A stretch of DNA of 64,000 bases, from the NCBI GenBank assembly GCA_963674705.1, contig OY771506.1, positions 2,176,001 through 2,240,000 on the forward strand. The letters run 5' to 3'. Below the pieces are notes generated by a model. It saw only the letters and a program-made list of their open reading frames with translations. It had not been told where the DNA came from and did no database searches. This document shows positions 38,190 to 46,941 of this stretch, in pieces. The position numbers and the translations under genes are program-made. The first letter of the stretch is position 1. Every line of letters begins with the position of its first letter. The stretch comes from Phycisphaeraceae bacterium (lineage in GTDB: Bacteria; Planctomycetota; Phycisphaerae; Phycisphaerales; Phycisphaeraceae).

Positions 38190-41100
38190 ACTTCATCCGT
38201 TTCGATCAACCCGAGTACCTTTGGCTGCTGCTTTTGGCGGTGCCGATTGCCTGGCTTGGGATGCGCAGCCTTGCGGCGCTTGAGCCGGCCCGGCGGTGGA
38301 CCGCGATCGTACTGCGGCTGCTGGTGCTCGCCGTCCTGGTTCTCATGCTCGCCGGCCTGCAGGCGGTTCAGACGCATGACGACCTGACCGTCATCGCGGT
38401 GATGGATCAATCCGAATCCGTACGCCGATTCGCCAAGCCGCCGACCGAACTCAACGGCACGGAAGATGATGTAAACGACATCAGCCAGTGGGCACGTGAA
38501 TACCTCAAGCAGACTGCGGCCGACCGGCGCGATGGCGATCAACTCGGGCTCGTGACTTACGACGGCAAATCCAGCGTCCGCTCGCTACCCAGCGAAGCGA
38601 CCGACCTCGACACCGGCACGATCGATCAGCCCAACGAAGGCACCGACACCGCCAGCGCGATCCGCTCCGGCATGGCTTTGTTCCCGCCGGATTCAGGCCA
38701 GCGCATGGTCCTGTTTTCCGATGGCAACGACACTTCGGGCGACGTCATCGCCGCAGCACAGGAAGCTGCTGCCGCGGGTATCCGCATCGACGTGTTGCCC
38801 GCACCGTACCAGGTCGAGCATGAGGTCATGGTTGAGCGTTTGATCGCTCCCAATGAAGCTCGCGAAGGCCAGACCGTTCCCGTCCGTGTCGTCCTGCGTG
38901 CCACTCGACCGGCCGACGGCTTCATCCAGCTATCGCACGATGATGTGTTCATCGACCTAAATGGCGCACTGGAAGGCACAGGCGCACCGGTCTACAAGTC
39001 CGACTGGACGCTTGAAGAGACCAGTCAGACGGAAAACTCAACCGATGATCCAACGGTAGAAGATACGAACACCGTCGACGAACCCATGCTCGGTAAATAC
39101 ATCACCGTCCGCGAAGTGGACGTGCCGATGGGATTCACCGGCGTCAACAAGTTCCGCGCGATCTTCGAGACATCCGATGAAGACGACACGATGCAGATCA
39201 ACAACCAGGCCGAGGCGTTCACGCTTGTCTCCGGCAAGGGGCGCATCCTCTTTGTAGATAACGTCGGCGGCGAGTCGGGCAGCATCCTCCCACGCGCTCT
39301 TGCCAGCCGGGGTATCGAGATGGACGTCGTCGGCCCGGAGGGCGTACCCATCTCACTCGATCGGATGCAGCGTTACGACGCGATCATCCTCCAGAACGTG
39401 CCTTACGACCAGGTCATCGCACAGCAGCGCCTGATGGCCAAGTACGTGCATGATCTTGGTGGCGGCCTGATTATGCTCGGCGGGCCCGACAGCTTCGGTG
39501 CAGGCGGCTGGACCAATTCCGAAATCGATAAATACATCCTTCCGGTCAGTTGTCAGATCCCCTCGCAGACGATCCTGCCTTCCGGCGCATTGGCGCTGGT
39601 AATCGACCGTTCCGGCTCTATGGCCGCACCCGTCGGCGGCACAATGCGAACGCAGCAGGAGCTTGCCAATGAGGCGGCCGTCCTCGCGCTGAACACGCTG
39701 TATCCGCAAGACCTGATCTGTGTGATCGCGTTTGACGGAAGCGCTCACATGATCGTCAAAACGCAGCCAAACACCGACCCCGTCGCCGTCGCCAAGAAAG
39801 TACGCAGCATCCAGCCCGGCGGCGGCACGGAAAGTTACTACGGCCTGGAGATGGCCTATAAGGAACTGGCGCCCCTGACCGTGCAGGATGCCGCCGTCAA
39901 GCATGTCATCATGCTGACGGATGGTATGAGCGGCGAATCCATCACCGGCGGGTACGTCAAAATGCTCGGCTTGATGAACAAGCAAGGCATCACACTTTCC
40001 ACCATCGGTGTCGGTGATGGGCACAACTCTCAACTACTTAAACAATTGGCCAGCATGGGAAGCGGTAACTACCACCCCATCACCAACCCTTCAAACCTGC
40101 CGCAGGTCTTCATTAAAGAAGCCAAGACCATCCGCAAGAACCTGGTTAAAGAAAACCCATTTACCCCGACGGTGCAACCTACCGGCTCGCCGATCATGGC
40201 AAGCATCAGCAGCGTTCCTGAACTGCGCGGCCTGGTGTTGACCGGCGAAAAACACGACCCGCGCATCCTCATGCCCATGGTCGGACCCGAAGGTGAACCT
40301 GTATTCGCACACTGGCAGGTCGGCCTCGGACGTAGCGCCGCGTTCACCTCCGATGCGACCAACCGCTGGGCCACGCAATGGCTATCGTGGGGCGGCTACC
40401 CCGACTTCTGGGCACGCACCGTCCGCAGCATCGCGCGCCCAAGCGCCTCGCGCGATACCGACCTGATCGTGGGCATCAGCGATGGGCAATTGAATATCCA
40501 ACTCGATGCCGCGTTCGAATCCTCGCAAACAACCGGCAACCGCAGGCAACGTGCCGGCAGCTTCGGCAACTTCCTCGACGTTAAAGGCAGCGTTCTCAAG
40601 CCTGATGGCACCGTCGAACAGGTCGCGCTCGATCAGATCGGCCCGGGCCAGTACCGTGCAAACGTCCCCGCCGGCCAGACCGGCAACTACGTCGTCAGTC
40701 TCTTCATCGAATCGCCCGATGGATCTAGGCGTGCTGTCTTTGGCGGCGCGGGTAAACCGCCCGGCGAAGAGTTGCGCCGCTTCAAATCCAACAACGCCGT
40801 CCTCGAACGCATCGCCGAAATCACCAACGGTCGCGTCCTCGACCCGACCCAGCCCCAGACCGCAGGCCTCTTCGAACGCAACGTGCCTTTTGAAACACGT
40901 TCGATCCGCCCGCTTTGGCGCACGTTGTTGCTTTGGCTGGTCATCTTCTTCATGCTCGATGTCGCCTGCCGCCGCATCGCTTGGGATCCAGTCGCCATCT
41001 GGGAGTGGAGCAAGCAGCGTGTCGATTCGCTGCTTGGCACACTCAAGCCGCGCGAGGTCGAAGTAGAGACCACCCTCGCCGCGCTAAAGAACCGTCAGGC

Positions 41101-41401
41101 ACAAACCGAACAACAACTCGCCGATCGTGCAGCGGGTGTGCGCCTGACCAAGGTCGCAAGCGAACCCGCCGTCCCCGCACCGTCTACCAAGCGCAAGTTT
41201 GAAGCATCCGAGGACTTCGTCGCTTCCAGCAACTTTGCCGAATCCGTAGGCGGCGCGACCGACAACCCGAATTCAGCTTACGCATTGAATGACAAGCAAT
41301 CCGATGGCGACACGGCCGAAGGCGAAGGCATGACCACCAGCCGCCTCCTCGCCGCCAGGCGTCGCGCCCGGGAGCAGATGAATGATGAGAAAGGCAAATA
41401 G
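38186..41401 (+). CDS. Membrane protein with two VWA domains and a glutamine-amidotransferase-like domain
   Basis: DQSES and DRSGSM MIDAS motifs; SDGN and TDG; LIMLGGPDSFGAGGW; WQVGLGRSAAFTSD. Confidence 0.85.
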   Translation: MNFIRFDQPEYLWLLLLAVPIAWLGMRSLAALEPARRWTAIVLRLLVLAVLVLMLAGLQAVQTHDDLTVIAVMDQSESVRRFAKPPTELNGTEDDVNDISQWAREYLKQTAADRRDGDQLGLVTYDGKSSVRSLPSEATDLDTGTIDQPNEGTDTASAIRSGMALFPPDSGQRMVLFSDGNDTSGDVIAAAQEAAAAGIRIDVLPAPYQVEHEVMVERLIAPNEAREGQTVPVRVVLRATRPADGFIQLSHDDVFIDLNGALEGTGAPVYKSDWTLEETSQTENSTDDPTVEDTNTVDEPMLGKYITVREVDVPMGFTGVNKFRAIFETSDEDDTMQINNQAEAFTLVSGKGRILFVDNVGGESGSILPRALASRGIEMDVVGPEGVPISLDRMQRYDAIILQNVPYDQVIAQQRLMAKYVHDLGGGLIMLGGPDSFGAGGWTNSEIDKYILPVSCQIPSQTILPSGALALVIDRSGSMAAPVGGTMRTQQELANEAAVLALNTLYPQDLICVIAFDGSAHMIVKTQPNTDPVAVAKKVRSIQPGGGTESYYGLEMAYKELAPLTVQDAAVKHVIMLTDGMSGESITGGYVKMLGLMNKQGITLSTIGVGDGHNSQLLKQLASMGSGNYHPITNPSNLPQVFIKEAKTIRKNLVKENPFTPTVQPTGSPIMASISSVPELRGLVLTGEKHDPRILMPMVGPEGEPVFAHWQVGLGRSAAFTSDATNRWATQWLSWGGYPDFWARTVRSIARPSASRDTDLIVGISDGQLNIQLDAAFESSQTTGNRRQRAGSFGNFLDVKGSVLKPDGTVEQVALDQIGPGQYRANVPAGQTGNYVVSLFIESPDGSRRAVFGGAGKPPGEELRRFKSNNAVLERIAEITNGRVLDPTQPQTAGLFERNVPFETRSIRPLWRTLLLWLVIFFMLDVACRRIAWDPVAIWEWSKQRVDSLLGTLKPREVEVETTLAALKNRQAQTEQQLADRAAGVRLTKVASEPAVPAPSTKRKFEASEDFVASSNFAESVGGATDNPNSAYALNDKQSDGDTAEGEGMTTSRLLAARRRAREQMNDEKGK

Positions 41402-41847
41402 CCACCGATGAACACAGATGAACACAGATTGGATGCGGGGGCTGTGGTTGACCATGATGCGTTGACTGAACGCATTATTGGTTGCGCGATGGCTGTGAGC
41501 AATAGTCTGGGGGTGGGTTTTCTGGAGAAGGTGTACGAGAACGCCTTGGTTTTGGAATTGCGTGCGGATGGCTTGAGTGTTAACCAGCAAACGCCGGTAC
41601 ATGTGTGGTATCGCGATGAAGTGGTAGGGGACTTTGTTGCGGACTTGATTGTAGAGAACAAGGTATTGATTGAATTAAAACACTCGGATGGTATCCACCC
41701 GGTTCATGTCGCACAATGTCTCAACTACCTGCAAGCCACAAAACACAAAACCTGCCTTCTCTTAAACTTTGGCACAACTAAACTGGGCATCAAACGTATA
41801 TCACTATAAACCTCTTATCTGTGTTTATCAGTGTTCATCGGTGGCTA
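41399..41847 (+). mobile_element. Inverted-repeat cassette E carrying a GxxExxY gene
   Basis: 31-bp arms TAGCCACCGATGAACACAGATGAACACAGAT (41399-41429) and its partner at 41817-41847, with 2 differences, enclose the gene. Mobility is inferred. Confidence 0.7.
41408..41809 (+). CDS. GxxExxY protein (PD-(D/E)XK nuclease-like)
   Basis: LGVGFLEKVYENAL, ADLIVENKVLIELK, AQCLNYL and LLLNFG. The ATG lies inside the left repeat arm (MNTDEHR). Confidence 0.9.
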   Translation: MNTDEHRLDAGAVVDHDALTERIIGCAMAVSNSLGVGFLEKVYENALVLELRADGLSVNQQTPVHVWYRDEVVGDFVADLIVENKVLIELKHSDGIHPVHVAQCLNYLQATKHKTCLLLNFGTTKLGIKRISL

Positions 41848-41873
41848 AATTCTGCCACAAGGAGTGAATAATC

Positions 41874-42911
41874 ATGACCGTTAATACCAACGACGAGCAG
41901 CAGGTCCTTGAGCAGGCCGATGCATTCCGTAAAGACTACCAGGCTGTGCGCGAGCAGATAGCACGCTGGATCGTCGGCCATGGCGACATCATCGACGGCG
42001 TCCTGACCTGCCTGTTCGTCGGCGGACACGCGCTGCTCGAAGGTGTGCCCGGCCTCGGTAAAACGCTGTTGATCCGAAGCCTCAGCCAGGCGTTGTCGCT
42101 GGACTTCAGCCGTATCCAGTTCACGCCCGACCTCATGCCCGCCGACATCACCGGCACGACGATCGTCGTCGAGTCGCGCAATGAGGATGGCACGACCTCG
42201 CGCGTGTTCAAATTCCAGCACGGCCCGATCTTCGCTCAGATCGTGCTGGCTGACGAAGTCAACCGCGCGACACCCAAGACGCAGTCTGCCATGCTCGAAG
42301 CGATGCAGGAAAAAGCCGTCACTGTGGCCGGTGAAACCTACACGCTGCAAAAGCCCTTCTTTGTCATGGCAACACAGAACCCCATCGAGCAGGAAGGCAC
42401 ATACCCGCTGCCTGAAGCCCAACTCGACCGTTTCCTGCTCAAACTCGATGTCGGCTACTCTACCCGTGAAGAACTGCACGAAATCGCCAACCGCACCACA
42501 CGCGCTGAAGAACCCGTCATCGAGCCTGTGCTCGATGCTGCGAAGATCATCAACTATCAGAAGCTTATTCGCCGCGTCATCATCGCCCCGCACGTTCAGG
42601 ATTATGCGATCCGCGCTGTCCTCGCGACGCATCCGGACGGTGAATTTGCCGGCAAACTGACCAAACAGTTCCTGCGCTTCGGCGGCTCCCCCCGTGCCGT
42701 GCAGGCCCTTGTTCTCGGCGGAAAAGTCAGAGCGATGTTAGATGGCCGCGCCCACGTGTCTGTAGATGACATCAGAGCCATCATGCTCCCGGCGCTTAGA
42801 CACCGCGTCCTTCTGAACTTCGAAGGCCAAGCCGAAGGCATCACGCCGGACATGGTTCTGAACGACATCATCGACACACTGCCCGTGGAAGCCGAAGGCG
42901 TGCCGGTGTAG
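41874..42911 (+). CDS. MoxR family AAA+ ATPase
   Basis: GVPGLGKT (Walker A), RIQFTPDLMPADITG, LADEVNRA and ATQNPIEQEGTYPLPEAQLDRF. Confidence 0.95.
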   Translation: MTVNTNDEQQVLEQADAFRKDYQAVREQIARWIVGHGDIIDGVLTCLFVGGHALLEGVPGLGKTLLIRSLSQALSLDFSRIQFTPDLMPADITGTTIVVESRNEDGTTSRVFKFQHGPIFAQIVLADEVNRATPKTQSAMLEAMQEKAVTVAGETYTLQKPFFVMATQNPIEQEGTYPLPEAQLDRFLLKLDVGYSTREELHEIANRTTRAEEPVIEPVLDAAKIINYQKLIRRVIIAPHVQDYAIRAVLATHPDGEFAGKLTKQFLRFGGSPRAVQALVLGGKVRAMLDGRAHVSVDDIRAIMLPALRHRVLLNFEGQAEGITPDMVLNDIIDTLPVEAEGVPV

Positions 42912-42913
42912 GG

Positions 42914-43393
42914 AATGCACGAATGGCGAATGCTCGAATGTCGAAAGAATGACAAATGACGGAATGACAAATGAACGAGCGCTCGTATGACCTAGAGGAA
43001 CGAACAGCCAGGTTTGGTGAAAATATTATTGCCTTTGCCAAACGTGTAACGCTAAATGAGATAACGCGTCCCATTGTTGGGCAACTGGTACGATCTGGGA
43101 CGAGTGTGGGAGCTAATTACTGCGAGGCCGACGATGCGGAAACCAAAAAGGACTTTCGGCACAAGATCGCCATCTGCAAGAAGGAGTCCAGAGAAACAAA
43201 ACATTGGTTGCGTATGATTGTCACAGCAGAGCCTGTGTTGCGTGACGAAGCAAAAATATTATGGCAAGAAGCAAAAGAACTAAATTTGATCTTTGCATCC
43301 ATTCGCAACAGCACCGGAAGGCGATGAATGTGTCATTTGACATTGAATCATTCGACATTCTTTCGACATTCGAGCATTCATCATTCGTGCATT
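42914..43393 (+). mobile_element. Inverted-repeat cassette F carrying a four-helix-bundle gene
   Basis: 61-nt arms at 42914-42974 and 43333-43393, built of (G/A)AATG-containing 7-8-nt units, enclose the gene. Mobility is inferred. Confidence 0.7.
42971..43327 (+). CDS. Four helix bundle protein (23S rRNA intervening-sequence protein family)
   Basis: DLEERTARF, QLVRSGTSVGANYCEA, DFRHKIAICKKESRETKHWL and EAKELNLIF. Confidence 0.9.
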   Translation: MNERSYDLEERTARFGENIIAFAKRVTLNEITRPIVGQLVRSGTSVGANYCEADDAETKKDFRHKIAICKKESRETKHWLRMIVTAEPVLRDEAKILWQEAKELNLIFASIRNSTGRR

Positions 43394-43398
43394 AACTT

Positions 43399-44328
43399 AT
43401 GACCACCCTCAACTCCCAACCCGCCAAGCAGGACTCGCTCCTCGACCCCGCGTTCATGCATCGGCTTGATCGGCTGGATGTCATGTCGCGCAAGGTGCTG
43501 ACGGGCAAGATGCAGGGCGAGCGACGGAGCAAGAAGAAGGGGCAGAGTGTTGAGTTCGCGGACTATCGCAGTTACGTGATCGGCGACGATCTGCGGTTTA
43601 TCGACTGGAACCTCTATGCCAGGCTCGACAAACTTTTCTTACGCCTGTTTATGGAAGAGGAAGACCTGTCGGTGTCCGTCGTGCTGGATGTCACCGCTAG
43701 CATGGATTACGGCGATCCGAACAAGCTGCTCTATGCCAAGCGCGTCGCTGCGGCGTTGGGGTACATCGGACTGACGCATTACAACCGGGTGAACCTCTAC
43801 ACCTTTGCAGACACGATCACGGACATGGCCCAGGGCATGCGCGGCCGCCGACCCATCCCGCGCATGCTCGAGTTCCTGCAGATGCAGCAGCCCATCTCCG
43901 GCGAAGCTGCCAGCGGGAACCTTGCCAACGCATGCAAACGTCTCGCACTCGTCCAGCGACAGCCCGGCGTCATCATCATGCTCAGCGACTTTTTCGATAA
44001 GGGCGATCTCAACGAAGCCCTGCGTTACCTCGGCGGCGAGAAGCACGACGTCTACGCGATCCAACTGCTCTCCCCGCAAGAAGTCGACCCAGCTAAGGGC
44101 AACGTTCTCGGCGACCTGCGCCTTCGCGACATCGAGGACGGCGACATCGCCGAAGTCTCTGTGAGCCCGGCCCTGCTCAAACGATACAAAGCCAACCTCC
44201 AGGCTTACTGCCAGTTCGTCCGCGAACAGTGCCTGAAGCGCGGCGTCGCCTACATGATCAGCGAAACCGACGTGCCGTTTGATACGTTGGTGTTGAAGTA
44301 CTTACGTCAACGGGGATTGTTGGGATAA
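43399..44328 (+). CDS. DUF58 domain protein (MoxR partner)
   Basis: GQSVEFADYRSYVIGDDLRFIDWNLYAR, LDVTASM and LSDFFD. Confidence 0.92.
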   Translation: MTTLNSQPAKQDSLLDPAFMHRLDRLDVMSRKVLTGKMQGERRSKKKGQSVEFADYRSYVIGDDLRFIDWNLYARLDKLFLRLFMEEEDLSVSVVLDVTASMDYGDPNKLLYAKRVAAALGYIGLTHYNRVNLYTFADTITDMAQGMRGRRPIPRMLEFLQMQQPISGEAASGNLANACKRLALVQRQPGVIIMLSDFFDKGDLNEALRYLGGEKHDVYAIQLLSPQEVDPAKGNVLGDLRLRDIEDGDIAEVSVSPALLKRYKANLQAYCQFVREQCLKRGVAYMISETDVPFDTLVLKYLRQRGLLG

Positions 44329-44334
44329 GGATAT

Positions 44335-44796
44335 TGGAACAGGGATGAACACAGATAAACACGGATAAGATGAAGCGGGGGTATGTGTGGATCAATATCA
44401 TGAAATGACTGAGCAGATAATTGGTTGTGCGTATCGTGTCAGCAATACATTGGGATGTGGTTTTCTTGAGAAGGTATATGAAAATGCGTTGGTCTATGAG
44501 TTGAGTGAGTCAGAGCTTAAAGTTAGCCAGCAACAATCCATAGAAGTGAATTACGCGGCAATCGTTGTTGGGCACTACATTGCCGACATCGTGGTTGAAG
44601 AAAAAGTCATTATCGAGATAAAAGTGGCCAGTAAATTGGATGAAGTCCATGCAGCACAAACCATCAACTACCTTAAGGCGACCGGTTATCCGGTTGCACT
44701 TTTACTTAACTTCGGCAAACCAAAAATTGAGATCAGGCGTTTTGTCAACAAGTTCTAATTCTTTATCCGTGTCCATCCGTGTTCATCCCTGTTCCA
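44335..44796 (+). mobile_element. Inverted-repeat cassette G carrying a GxxExxY gene
   Basis: 34-bp arms TGGAACAGGGATGAACACAGATAAACACGGATAA (44335-44368) and its partner at 44763-44796. Same arm family as the inner hairpins of A, B and C. Mobility is inferred. Confidence 0.7.
44387..44758 (+). CDS. GxxExxY protein (PD-(D/E)XK nuclease-like)
   Basis: LGCGFLEKVYENAL, ADIVVEEKVIIEIK, AQTINYLKAT and LLLNFG. Confidence 0.9.
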   Translation: MDQYHEMTEQIIGCAYRVSNTLGCGFLEKVYENALVYELSESELKVSQQQSIEVNYAAIVVGHYIADIVVEEKVIIEIKVASKLDEVHAAQTINYLKATGYPVALLLNFGKPKIEIRRFVNKF

Positions 44797-44811
44797 TAAA
44801 TTGACTCAAAA

Positions 44812-46842
44812 ATGAACTTCATCTCACCAGGCATGGCACTTCTAGCAGCGGGCATCACCGTGCCGCTGTTGGTGTCGCTGTACTTTCTTAAGCTCCGTCG
44901 TCGGTTGATGCCTGTTTCATCGACGCTGCTATGGAAGAAGGCGATCCAGGACATGCAGGTGAACTCGCCGTTCCAGAAGATGCGGCGGAGTTTGTTGTTG
45001 CTGTTACAGTTGTTAATCCTGGCGGCGCTGCTCTTCGCGATGGCGCGGCCGACGATGGAGACGGTCGCCAATCCCGGGCAGCGAGTCGTCATCCTGATCG
45101 ATAACTCCGGATCGATGAACGCTACCGACGTCTCGCCCACACGACTCGATGAAGCCAAGAAGGCAGCGCTTGAGCTGATCAACAGCCTCGATGCCAGCGG
45201 ATCGAATGGCAACGACACAACTTCCGGCGGGGCGATGGTTGTCAGCTTCGCGCAAAGTTCGCAAGTCCGCCAGTCGTTCACGAACGATCCGTCACTATTG
45301 CGCGACGCGATCAGAAGGATCGAGCCGACGGACCACGTCAGCCGTCTTGAGCCGGCGCTGCGTTTGATCGAACCTTTTGCCGGCAAAGCCGCGCAGGATG
45401 ATACCGAGGGACTCGTCGTCTACATCATCAGCGACGGCCGGGTGCGCGACGATGGCCGGGTCCTGTCACTTGCCGGTGCGACGCTTAAATACATCCCCAT
45501 CGGTGGTGGTCCTGCGGGTAACGCCGGCGCTGCTGATCCTGACAACGTCGGTATCGTCTCCTTCAGCGCACGGCGAGACTTCGACAAACCCGAGATCGTT
45601 CAGATCTTCGCCAAGGTCGCCAACTACGGAAACAAACAGGTCAAAACCAACCTCACCCTCTCGCTCGATGGCAACCCCACCCGCGTCCAGCCCATCACCC
45701 TCGGTCCCGCGCCGCAAGTCGATACCGAATCATCGACCGAGTCCACGAGCAACAGCCACGAAACCTCCGTCCAGTTTGACTTCGTCCTGCCCGGCACAGC
45801 GCTCGTTGAGTTGGCGCATGACTATGAAGATCAACTGCCTGCCGACGACGCCGTCCGTTTGACGCTCGCACCTGCCCGACGTCTGCGTGTCCTGCTCGTG
45901 ACCGAAGGCAATGCGTTTCTGGCCAAAGGCATCCAAAGTGCAGGCGTGCGTCAGCTTGCGATATGGACGCCCGACAAGTTCGAGAATCAGGACCCCGAAT
46001 CTCTTAGCCGAGGTGGTTGGGAAGACGCGGGCACATCCGGCCTGGCAGGTGAAGGCTTCGACGTCATCGTCTTCGATCACTACAGCCCAAAGACGATCCC
46101 GCTGGTGGACAGCCTTTACTTCGCTGCTGCGCCACCGTTCGACGACATCAAGCGCATCGCACCGGATGAGCAATCCAACGCCCCGTCCGAGCGCATCCTC
46201 TATTGGGAGCGCACCCATCCTCTGCTGCGTTACGTCTCGCTCGAAGATGTGATCCTTTCCGACCCGGGCCGGCTTGAAGTTTCGCCGCAGGCCACCACGT
46301 TAGTGACCGGCCAGTCCGGACCGATCATGGCCGAAGTCGTCAGGGATGGCGTACGCCACGTTGTCGCCAGCTTCGACCTGCTGCAAACCAACTGGCCGAT
46401 CAAGATCAGCTTCCCTGTCTTCCTCGGCAACACCGTCCAAACCCTCGGCCTCGGCGGGCTCAGCGAAGGCGCAGGCGTCGCTTACCGCACCGGTGAAGTC
46501 GTTTCCATCCCCGCCGATTCGGATGTCACCTACACCGGCCCTGCTACACTCACCGTCCGCCGCACCCAAGGCGCAGCGGTTCTTCCCCCGTTCCCGCTTG
46601 CCGGCGTTTACACCACGACCGACACGATACAGCCGCCATTTGATCGGCTGGGAGTGAACCTGCTCGATCCGCAGGAAAGCGACCTGCGCACCATGGATGT
46701 ACTTAACGTCAGAACCACGGATGCCGATACTGCCGTGCAAACCGCCAGCATCCGCCGCGAGGTCTGGCAGTGGTTCATCTGGGCCGCCCTCGCTGTGATG
46801 CTCATCGAATGGCTGATCTACACCCGCCGCATGCATATCTGA
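44812..46842 (+). CDS. BatA-like N-terminal double-TM plus VWA domain protein
   Basis: PLLVSLYFLKLRRRLMPVSSTLLW, LLLLLQLL...ARP, DNSGSM, ISDG and a C-terminal TM (LIEWLIY). Confidence 0.88.
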   Translation: MNFISPGMALLAAGITVPLLVSLYFLKLRRRLMPVSSTLLWKKAIQDMQVNSPFQKMRRSLLLLLQLLILAALLFAMARPTMETVANPGQRVVILIDNSGSMNATDVSPTRLDEAKKAALELINSLDASGSNGNDTTSGGAMVVSFAQSSQVRQSFTNDPSLLRDAIRRIEPTDHVSRLEPALRLIEPFAGKAAQDDTEGLVVYIISDGRVRDDGRVLSLAGATLKYIPIGGGPAGNAGAADPDNVGIVSFSARRDFDKPEIVQIFAKVANYGNKQVKTNLTLSLDGNPTRVQPITLGPAPQVDTESSTESTSNSHETSVQFDFVLPGTALVELAHDYEDQLPADDAVRLTLAPARRLRVLLVTEGNAFLAKGIQSAGVRQLAIWTPDKFENQDPESLSRGGWEDAGTSGLAGEGFDVIVFDHYSPKTIPLVDSLYFAAAPPFDDIKRIAPDEQSNAPSERILYWERTHPLLRYVSLEDVILSDPGRLEVSPQATTLVTGQSGPIMAEVVRDGVRHVVASFDLLQTNWPIKISFPVFLGNTVQTLGLGGLSEGAGVAYRTGEVVSIPADSDVTYTGPATLTVRRTQGAAVLPPFPLAGVYTTTDTIQPPFDRLGVNLLDPQESDLRTMDVLNVRTTDADTAVQTASIRREVWQWFIWAALAVMLIEWLIYTRRMHI

Positions 46843-46883
46843 TCAACTGCATCGAGCACAAACGATTGATCCTGATAGACAAC

Positions 46884-46907
46884 AGCCCCACGCGGAAGCG
46901 TGGGGTT
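46884..46907. terminator. Hairpin between convergent genes (likely terminator)
   Basis: AGCCCCACGC-GGAA-GCGTGGGGTT. Confidence 0.5.
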
Positions 46908-46941
46908 CAATGTTCGTATCAACTATTCAGATAACAATCGC

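Noticed and set aside
42971..43327. Diversity-generating retroelement (Avd-like fold) or an rRNA gene with an IVS
   Set aside because: No reverse transcriptase, template/variable repeat pair or rRNA sequence is visible in the window.
31377..44796. CRISPR array or simple terminator interpretation of the intergenic repeats
   Set aside because: There is no repeat-spacer periodicity and no cas gene. The arms are inverted pairs with large loops or whole genes inside, lack U-tails and sit within operons.
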